Assembly: GCA_035574215.1 (NCBI GenBank)
Contig: DATLZC010000109.1
Span: forward strand, 1 to 28,798
Direction: 5' to 3'
From: Dehalococcoidia bacterium
Lineage (GTDB): Bacteria; Chloroflexota; Dehalococcoidia; DSTF01; JACRBR01
DNA length: 28,798 nucleotides
Below, in pieces: positions 16,258-28,798 of this stretch. The notes below the pieces were generated by a model, which did not search any database, had not been told where the DNA came from, and was given only the letters and a program-made list of their open reading frames with translations. Each line of letters starts with the position of its first letter. The stretch's first letter is position 1. The position numbers and the translations under genes are program-made.

Positions 16258-16286
16258 AGTATAGCCCGCCGCCGTCGGCGAACGAA
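16258..16286 (-). promoter_or_regulatory. Candidate promoter for rph (short leader)
   Basis: Minus strand TTCGTT-N17-TATACT, 11 nt before the ATG, with no SD. Confidence 0.4.
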
Positions 16287-16304
16287 AGCGCGCCAGGCGC
16301 CCGT

Positions 16305-17033
16305 TCACTCGATGGCCTCCAGCAGGTAGTGGAGGTCCAGTTCGGGGTTTTCGTAGCGCACGAGCGGGCGCTCCGGCGTGTCGGCGTACCAGGCGAACAG
16401 GGTCGCGCCGCCGCCCTGCACCTCCACGCGCCACGCGTCGAAGGCGCCGGCCGGCGTCTCCACCCGCTCCGGACCGCTCACCCGCAGGGTCACCGGCACC
16501 GTGCGGCGCCGGGTCGATAGCACGGCGTTGTACGCGCCCTCGTATCCGTCTCGAAGCTCGATGGTCCGCCACAGAAAGAGGCTCGTCTCGTTGTCGTAGT
16601 AATGGTCCGGAAGCCGCAGCGGATTGGTCCGCTGATCGCCGTCCGTCTTCTCGGTCAGCTCGACGATGTCCTCGTCCGGCCGGTAGACGGCCGTGAACTC
16701 CGTGGTCTCGTCCTCGCTCACGATGGTTCTGGTCACCCGCAGCGGCTTCAAGGTCGCGGCGTCGACGCGAACCTCGCTGTCGTCCGTGGTTCTGCCGCTG
16801 TCGAACGACGACCGCAGCACGTATTGCTCGCCGTCACGTTCGATGGAGAGCGTGGCGTCGCCCACGTCGTTCCCGTCGTCGTCGACCATGCGATAGCGCG
16901 CCGTCTCGCGGTCCGGCCACGGGATGCCGGCGACGACGTCCGACGTCTGAACCTGCGGCGCTTCTTCGGGCGCCGCGCAGGCGACGGCGAGCGAGATGAC
17001 GAGCGGCAGGGCGAGCGCGAGGAGGCGAGACAT
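16305..17033 (-). CDS. Putative lipoprotein, DUF3108-like beta-rich domain
   Basis: Signal peptide with lipobox (LALALPLVISLAVAC) followed by a beta-strand-rich body containing the RVETPAGAFDAWRVE motif. Alternative ATG at 17042. Confidence 0.65.
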   Translation of the reverse strand: MSRLLALALPLVISLAVACAAPEEAPQVQTSDVVAGIPWPDRETARYRMVDDDGNDVGDATLSIERDGEQYVLRSSFDSGRTTDDSEVRVDAATLKPLRVTRTIVSEDETTEFTAVYRPDEDIVELTEKTDGDQRTNPLRLPDHYYDNETSLFLWRTIELRDGYEGAYNAVLSTRRRTVPVTLRVSGPERVETPAGAFDAWRVEVQGGGATLFAWYADTPERPLVRYENPELDLHYLLEAIE

Positions 17034-17040
17034 CGGCACC

Positions 17041-17069
17041 ATCGTATCGGGGGCGGGACGGTCGCGAAA
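17041..17069 (-). promoter_or_regulatory. Candidate leaderless promoter for the lipoprotein gene
   Basis: Minus strand TTTCGC-N17-TACGAT, with the ATG (17033) 7 nt downstream. Confidence 0.4.
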
Positions 17070-17077
17070 GCGGAGCC

Positions 17078-18127
17078 TCAGGCGCCTACGGCCGCCGTGG
17101 CCACGGCGCGCACCCGCTCGAGCGCCTCCTCGATGTCCGCGCGCGTGATGCCGTAGTGGGTGTTCATGCGTAGGCGGCCGTAGCCGATGGCCGTGGTGAG
17201 CACGCCGCGCTCGCGAAGCCGGCGGGCGAAGTCCGCGGGGTCCATCGACGTGACCTCGAAAATCACGATGTTGGTCTGCACCTTCGCAGGGTCGATGACG
17301 ACGCCGGGGATCACGGCGAGCCCTTCGGCGAGCACCCGCGCGTTCTGGTGATCTTCGGCGAGCCGCTCGACCATCGTCTCGAGGGCGACGATGCCCGCAG
17401 CGGCGAGGACGCCCGCCTGCCGCATGCCGCCGCCGACCATCTTGCGCATCTTCCGGGCGCGGGCCACGAAGTCGGCGCTCCCGCACACGAGCGACCCGAC
17501 GGGCGCGGAGAGCCCCTTCGACAGGCAGAAGCTCACAGAGTCGACGTCCTTCGTCAGTTCGGTCACCGGGACCCCGAGGGCAACGGCGGCGTTGAACACG
17601 CGGGCGCCGTCGAGGTGCACCGGGATACCGTGGCGATGGGCCACGCCGGAGATGGCGGCGGTGTCCTCGGGCGTGAGGACGGCGCCGCCGCAGCGGTTGT
17701 GGGTGTTCTCGATGCAGACGAGCGCCGTGCGAGGGAAGTGGATGTTCTCGCCCCGGATCGTCGCCTCGACCTCGGCGGGGTCCATCATGCCCCGCTCGTC
17801 GTTGCGCACGGGGCGGAGCTGGATGCCGCCGAGGCCGGCGGCGCCGGCGACCTCGTAGTGGAGGATGTGGGCCTCGCTGCCGACGATGGCTTCATCGCCC
17901 CGCCCGCACCACGCCAGGAGCGACACCAGATTGGCCATGGTGCCGCTGGCGACGAACAGCGCGGCTTCCTTGCCCGTGCGCTCGGCGGCCATGCGCTCGA
18001 GGCGGTTCACCGTCGGGTCTTCCCCGAAGACGTCGTCGCCGAGCTCGGCCTCGGCCATGGCCCGGCGCATCTCGGGCGTCGGCAACGTCACCGTGTCGCT
18101 GCGCAGATCGATGACGCGCTCGGTCAC
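17078..18127 (-). CDS. ltaE: Low-specificity L-threonine aldolase (PLP-dependent)
   Basis: IDLRSDTVT, GDDVFGEDPTVNRLE, FVASGTMAN, ENTHNRCGG, HLDGARVFNA, the PLP lysine in CLSKGLSAPVGS, and GGGMRQAG. GTGA overlap with the upstream gene. Confidence 0.93.
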   Translation of the reverse strand: MTERVIDLRSDTVTLPTPEMRRAMAEAELGDDVFGEDPTVNRLERMAAERTGKEAALFVASGTMANLVSLLAWCGRGDEAIVGSEAHILHYEVAGAAGLGGIQLRPVRNDERGMMDPAEVEATIRGENIHFPRTALVCIENTHNRCGGAVLTPEDTAAISGVAHRHGIPVHLDGARVFNAAVALGVPVTELTKDVDSVSFCLSKGLSAPVGSLVCGSADFVARARKMRKMVGGGMRQAGVLAAAGIVALETMVERLAEDHQNARVLAEGLAVIPGVVIDPAKVQTNIVIFEVTSMDPADFARRLRERGVLTTAIGYGRLRMNTHYGITRADIEEALERVRAVATAAVGA

Positions 18128-18564
18128 GGGCGCCGCTCCCACAGCGACTGATAGTGGTCGGCGCCCAGGATGGCGGCGATCTCCTCGGCCCGCTCCTCCC
18201 GACGGAGCTGCTCCAGCGCGAGGTCGCACTGCTCCTGCGTCCCCACGTACCCGAGGTCGACCAAGCGCTCGACGATGCGGTCCCAGACGCCGCTGGTGAC
18301 GAGGGTCTCGACGTGCCGCGGCCACACGAAGGACATCAGCCGCTCGGGAACGCGGAAGCGGGGGCGGAGCTGCTTGATGCTCTTGAACCGCTCTTCGATG
18401 GAGGCCGCCGGAGGCACCACGCGGATCAGCGGGCCCTCGTCCTCCCGCGTGCGCGCGTCGATGAGGAGTCGCTTCTGGATGAGCGCGAAGCGCACCACCA
18501 GGACGTCGGCGGTGTCGATGACGTGGTGGACCTCGTCGAGGTCGATGCCGAAGTCGGGTTCCAC
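18124..18564 (-). CDS. Hypothetical protein (146 aa) translationally coupled to ltaE
   Basis: GTG after GGAGGGG, host-like codon usage, and a stop overlapping the ltaE start. I recognise no family. Confidence 0.7.
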   Translation of the reverse strand: MEPDFGIDLDEVHHVIDTADVLVVRFALIQKRLLIDARTREDEGPLIRVVPPAASIEERFKSIKQLRPRFRVPERLMSFVWPRHVETLVTSGVWDRIVERLVDLGYVGTQEQCDLALEQLRREERAEEIAAILGADHYQSLWERRP

Positions 18565-18584
18565 TGCCCCTCCGAAACGATGAA

Positions 18585-18605
18585 TGACCCGCCGGCGGCG
18601 GGTCA
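18585..18605. promoter_or_regulatory. Perfect 10-1-10 inverted repeat in the 5' leader of the hypothetical-ltaE operon
   Basis: TGACCCGCCG-G-CGGCGGGTCA, located between the promoter and the SD. Confidence 0.5.
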
Positions 18606-18628
18606 CTCCGTGTGGACCGCTCGACGTC

Positions 18629-18658
18629 AGTCTAGGGCCGCTCGCCTGAGGGGGTCAA
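18629..18658 (-). promoter_or_regulatory. Sigma70-type promoter for the hypothetical-ltaE operon
   Basis: Minus strand TTGACC-N18-TAGACT. Confidence 0.55.
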
Positions 18659-18689
18659 GTTCGACGGTCTTGGGGCAGCCCGCCCTTGC

Positions 18690-18980
18690 CTACAGCGTCT
18701 TCACCATCGCGGCGATCTGGTCGGGCGTGAACGCCTTCAACGTCGTGGTAGTGACGTTGCCCTGCGACGCCAGCCACATCGCGTACGAGATGGCCACCTC
18801 GTCCGACGGCGCCTCGCCGATGGCGACGTAGTCGTAATCGCCGGTCACCAGGTAAAAGCCGACCACTTTGCCGCCCATCGACTCGAATTTCCTCACCCCT
18901 TCCGCTGTTCGGGCGGGCGCGTTCTTGATGTCGCGCGCTCCCTGTTCGGTGAGCTTCATGAGAAGCATGTACGTTTGCAT
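18690..18980 (-). CDS. GYD domain-containing protein
   Basis: TYMLLMKLTEQG, GGKVVGFYLVTGDYDYVAI and GNVTTTTLKAFT match the GYD family pattern. SD AAGGAGG upstream. Confidence 0.8.
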   Translation of the reverse strand: MQTYMLLMKLTEQGARDIKNAPARTAEGVRKFESMGGKVVGFYLVTGDYDYVAIGEAPSDEVAISYAMWLASQGNVTTTTLKAFTPDQIAAMVKTL

Positions 18981-19141
18981 CACCCGGCCTCCTTCTGCTC
19001 GACATGATGCGGCTCACGGGTGCAGGCGCGGGCGTCCACATTTCCAGTCAACCACCCGTCGGGTGACGATAGCAGTGCCATCCAGCCTGTCTCAGCCAAT
19101 GTTTCGGGCCCGGCTGTCCCGGGCTGCAGCCGATGGCGGGT

Positions 19142-19987
19142 TCACCCCTGGTTGAACCGCGGCGGGCGCTTCTCCCGGAAGGCGGCGATGCCCTCCCGCG
19201 CATCCGGGTGGTGGTCCGAGATCGCGGTCTTGGTCGCGATGTCGTCGAGCGCCTGGGCGAACGTCATCTCAGCGGCGTTGTACACGGCCCGCTTGAGGAG
19301 GCGCATCGCCACCTGCGGGCCCTCGGCCAGCTCGCGGGCCAGCGCCAGCGCGCGGTCGAGGAGCGCCTCGGGCGGGACCACCTCGTGCACGAGGCCCAGG
19401 TCGAGCGCCTCCTGCGCGCTCACGATGCGGTTCCGCATGAGGAAGTCCATGGCCTTCGCGACCCCCAGGAGCTGCACGAGGAGGTACTGACCGCCTTCGT
19501 CCGGCAGGAGGCCGAAGCGCAGCGTGGCGCTCCCCAGCCGCGCTTCCGTCGATGCGATACGGAAGTCGCACGCCAGCGCCAGCGAAAGCCCCGTCTGGAT
19601 CGCGACGCCGTTGATGGCGGCGATGGTCAGCTTGTCGAGATTGCGCACGGCGACGTTGAGGGGCTGCGACAGCGCCCGCAACCCGTCATAGGTGCCGATG
19701 GGCGTGTGGTGGCCGGGCGGGATGTCGGGGACGAGCGCCCGCGCCCCGCCGGGCGGCCTCCGGCCACTGATGTCGTCGCCCGCGGAGAACGCCCGGCCCG
19801 ACCCCGTGAACACGACGACGCGGACGGCGTCGTCCATCTGCGCCTGGAGGAGTGTCTCGACCAGATCGCGCTTCATCCCCTGCGTCATGCCGTTCAGCCG
19901 CTCGGGCTGGTTGAACGTGATGAGCGCAATGCCGGGGTCGTGAAGCGCGACCTCGAACCCGCGGAAGACGCCCGTTTCCATCGTCAC
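19142..19987 (-). CDS. Enoyl-CoA hydratase/isomerase (crotonase) family protein, Asp-type
   Basis: ITFNQPERLNGM, FTGSGRAFSAGDDIS, IAAINGVAIQTGLSLALACDFRIA and GLLPDEGG. GTGA overlap with the upstream paralog (alternative ATG at 19981). Confidence 0.88.
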   Translation of the reverse strand: MTMETGVFRGFEVALHDPGIALITFNQPERLNGMTQGMKRDLVETLLQAQMDDAVRVVVFTGSGRAFSAGDDISGRRPPGGARALVPDIPPGHHTPIGTYDGLRALSQPLNVAVRNLDKLTIAAINGVAIQTGLSLALACDFRIASTEARLGSATLRFGLLPDEGGQYLLVQLLGVAKAMDFLMRNRIVSAQEALDLGLVHEVVPPEALLDRALALARELAEGPQVAMRLLKRAVYNAAEMTFAQALDDIATKTAISDHHPDAREGIAAFREKRPPRFNQG

Positions 19988-20814
19988 TCCCCGGTGAAGG
20001 TCGGCTGGCGCTTCTCGACGAACGCCTTCGCCGCCTCGCGGTGGTCGTTGGTCATGCCCGAGAGCCGCATGTTGAGCGCTTCCTGGTCGAGCAGCGTGAG
20101 CAGGTCGCAGTGCTCGCTGCGGTTCAGGTTCTCCTTCATCCGCGCGTAGGCCAGCGTCGGACCGGTGGCGAGCCGGTGCGCCAGCTCCATCGTCTCTTCC
20201 TCGAGCCGGTCGTGGGGCACGACGCGGTTCACCATGCCGATGCGGTAGGCCTCCTCGGCGTCGATGATCTCGCCCGTGAAGTAGAGCTCGCGGGCCTTAC
20301 CGATGCCCACCAGCCGCGGCAGGAAGTACGATCCTCCGAAGTCGCCGCTGAAGCCCACGTTGCGGAACACCGTGCCGAACTTCGCGCGGTCGGAGGCGAT
20401 GCGCAGGTCGCACGCCAGGGCGAGGCTGAGCCCGGCGCCGACGGCGTGCCCGTTGACCATGGCGATGGTGGGCTTGGGCATGGTGTGCAGCATGTAGCTC
20501 GTGGCGCGCTGGCTCTCGCGGAGGATCTCGACGCCGCGGTAGAGCAGGTAGGCGGCCGACCGGCGGCCATCGCCGCCGCCCGCGCCCAGCGCCTCGCGTC
20601 CCGCGGCCATGTCTTTGACGTCGCCGCCGGCGCAGAAGGCACGTCCGGCCCCGGTGAGCACCACGCAGCGGACGTCGGGGTCGCGGGCGCAGTCGGCGAG
20701 ATGCTGCGCGAGCAGAGGCATGAGCTGGCCGCCCATGGCGTTCAGGCTCTCGGGGCGGTTGAGGGTGATGAGCGCGACACCGTCGGGCCGCTTCTCGAAC
20801 AGAACATCGGGCAT
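19984..20814 (-). CDS. Enoyl-CoA hydratase/isomerase (crotonase) family protein, PaaG-like
   Basis: ITLNRPESLNAM, LTGAGRAFCAGGDVK, KPTIAMVNGHAVGAGLSLALACDLRIA, GFSGDFGGSYFLPRLVG and DHREAAKAFVEKRQPTF. Confidence 0.9.
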   Translation of the reverse strand: MPDVLFEKRPDGVALITLNRPESLNAMGGQLMPLLAQHLADCARDPDVRCVVLTGAGRAFCAGGDVKDMAAGREALGAGGGDGRRSAAYLLYRGVEILRESQRATSYMLHTMPKPTIAMVNGHAVGAGLSLALACDLRIASDRAKFGTVFRNVGFSGDFGGSYFLPRLVGIGKARELYFTGEIIDAEEAYRIGMVNRVVPHDRLEEETMELAHRLATGPTLAYARMKENLNRSEHCDLLTLLDQEALNMRLSGMTNDHREAAKAFVEKRQPTFTGE

Positions 20815-20877
20815 CTCGCACCTCCGGGACTCGGTGAATTCGGGGCGTCACGACTCGCGGACGCGGGCGACGGGCTC

Positions 20878-20906
20878 ATTATGCGCCTGCGCCGCCCCGC
20901 TGTCGA
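20878..20906 (-). promoter_or_regulatory. Candidate promoter for the crotonase pair
   Basis: Minus strand TCGACA-N17-CATAAT, followed by SD GGAGGT before the ATG at 20814. Confidence 0.5.
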
Positions 20907-20949
20907 TGGAGGTGAGCCGTCTGAACGTCGCGGAGCGCGCTCCGAGCGC

Positions 20950-22251
20950 CTATGGGTAGATGCCGCGGATCTGGACGGCTTCGACGACGCGGGAGATGGC
21001 CAGCATGTAGGCCGCTTCGCGGAAGGAGACCCGGTGGCGTTCGGCCAGCCCCGCCACGTCCTCGAAGCTCTTCACCATCACCCGCTCCATCCGGCTGTTG
21101 ACCTCGCCCTCTTCCCAGAAGAAGGACTGCAGGTCCTGCACCCACTCGAAGTACGAGACCACGACGCCGCCCGCATTCGCCAGAATGTCCGGGACGACGA
21201 ACACGCCGCGCTCGGCGAGGATGCGGTCGGCCTCGGCGGTGATGGGTCCGTTCGCCGCCTCGACGATGACGGGCGCGCGGATGCGGTCGGCGTTGCGGGC
21301 GGTGATCTGCCCCTCCAGCGCCGCCGGGATGAGCACGTCGACGGGGAGCTCGAGCAGCTCTGCGTTCGTGATGTGGTCGCCCGGATGCTCCGGGGGCAGC
21401 ATTCCCCGCTCGCGTTTCGCGTGGACGAGGGCCTCGATGTCGAGGGCGGCGCCCTCGGTGTAGATGCCGCCTGACGAGTCGCTGACGGCGACCACCTTTG
21501 CGCCCGCTTCGCACAGCAGCCGGGCGGTGACGCTGCCGACATTGCCGAAGCCCTGGACAGCGACGGTCGCGCCTTCGAGCGACCGGCCCAGGTGACGCAT
21601 CGTCTCGCGCACGATGACAGACACGCCGCGCCCGGTCGCTTCCTCACGGCCGAGGCTCCCGCCTACGCTGGGCGGCTTCCCTGTCACGACGCCGGCCACG
21701 GTATGTCCGTGGTGCATCGAGTACGTGTCCATCATCCAGGCCATCACCCGCGCGTCGGTGCCGATGTCCGGCGCCGGGATGTCCTCCTCGGGGCCGATGA
21801 GGATGCTGATCTCCGTGGTGTACCGCCGGGTCAGGCGCTCGAGCTCGCCTTCCGAGAGCGCCTTGGGGTCGACGATGACGCCGCCTTTGGCCCCGCCGTA
21901 GGGGAGGTTGGCGACGGCGTTCTTCCACGTCATCCACATCGCGAGCGCCTTCACTTCGTCGAGCGAGACGCTCGGGTGGTACCGGATACCCCCCTTCGCC
22001 GGACCCCGCGCGGTGTTGTGCTGAACCCGGTAGCCCGTGAACACGCGGGTGGTGCCGTCGTCCATCTTCACGGGGAAGTGGACGGTCAACTCGCGGTTGG
22101 GCCGGCGGAGGAGTTCGCGCAGGCCCGGGTCGATGCCCAGTCGTTCGGCGACGGCGTCGAACTGAGCGACCGCCGTGTCGAAGGCGCTGCCGGGGCCGTC
22201 GACGCCCGGGGGCGCCTCCCGGGTGGTCGTGCGGGTGGGGTTTTCGGTCAT
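20950..22251 (-). CDS. gdhA: Glu/Leu/Phe/Val dehydrogenase, most likely NAD(P)-glutamate dehydrogenase
   Basis: [67 protein letters not shown] and [10 protein letters not shown]. Confidence 0.93.
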   Translation of the reverse strand: MTENPTRTTTREAPPGVDGPGSAFDTAVAQFDAVAERLGIDPGLRELLRRPNRELTVHFPVKMDDGTTRVFTGYRVQHNTARGPAKGGIRYHPSVSLDEVKALAMWMTWKNAVANLPYGGAKGGVIVDPKALSEGELERLTRRYTTEISILIGPEEDIPAPDIGTDARVMAWMMDTYSMHHGHTVAGVVTGKPPSVGGSLGREEATGRGVSVIVRETMRHLGRSLEGATVAVQGFGNVGSVTARLLCEAGAKVVAVSDSSGGIYTEGAALDIEALVHAKRERGMLPPEHPGDHITNAELLELPVDVLIPAALEGQITARNADRIRAPVIVEAANGPITAEADRILAERGVFVVPDILANAGGVVVSYFEWVQDLQSFFWEEGEVNSRMERVMVKSFEDVAGLAERHRVSFREAAYMLAISRVVEAVQIRGIYP

Positions 22252-22326
22252 GGTCGGGCTCCTCGTGCAAGCGAGCGGGTCACTGTGTACAGCATCGCAC
22301 GGCGGAGCGGCGCCGTGAAGTTGGGG

Positions 22327-22360
22327 AAAACGGAGCGGCCCCTGCCGAAGCAGGGGCCGC
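22327..22360 (-). terminator. Rho-independent terminator after rpoC
   Basis: Perfect 11-bp stem GCGGCCCCTGC/GCAGGGGCCGC with a C(UUCG)G tetraloop on the minus strand, followed by TCCGTTTT. Confidence 0.8.
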
Positions 22361-22383
22361 AGCGCTCTTCGCTGGTCGCCCGC

Positions 22384-28798
<6,415 letters not shown>

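Noticed and set aside
11793-20814. Calling the di-iron genes plus crotonases a paa or box cluster
   Set aside because: There is no CoA ligase, PaaZ/BoxC-type ring-cleavage enzyme or flavin reductase, the sequences lack recognisable PaaA/BoxB signatures, and the loci are separated by unrelated genes.
20931-20944. Palindrome CGGAGCGCGCTCCG just after the gdhA stop
   Set aside because: It has no U-tract, is very GC-rich, and is not repeated elsewhere in the window, so it cannot be supported as a terminator or REP element.
22252-22383. rpoC followed by a terminator and gdhA rather than rpsL
   Set aside because: Separation of rpoBC from the str operon is common in bacteria and not informative by itself.

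Overview
A high-GC bacterial chromosomal window, most consistent with Chloroflexota (Dehalococcoidia-like). That assignment rests on a Chlor_Arch_YYY/DUF2298 protein and large RpoB/RpoC insertions, and is an inference. From left to right: the 3' end of a YprB-like RNase H/TPR gene; a PPOX-family flavin/F420-binding protein; a 7.8 kb block of three GT-C fold membrane glycosyltransferase genes (four GT-C modules); a PadR-arsM unit; a five-gene minus-strand operon with its own promoter (complete di-iron ferritin-like protein, 2[4Fe-4S] ferredoxin, degenerate ferritin-like protein, luciferase-like monooxygenase, 111-aa unknown); DUF1015; HIT; rph; a lipoprotein; ltaE; a hypothetical gene; a GYD protein; two non-canonical crotonases; gdhA; rpoC; and the 3' part of rpoB. 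The best candidate for an undescribed system is the di-iron/ferredoxin/LLM operon. Also notable are a Cys-rich PadR regulator coupled to arsM and an abrupt codon-usage switch inside rpoB, which suggests a chimera or recombination junction. I found no tRNA, rRNA, CRISPR array or mobile element. Family names come from motif recognition, not database searches.
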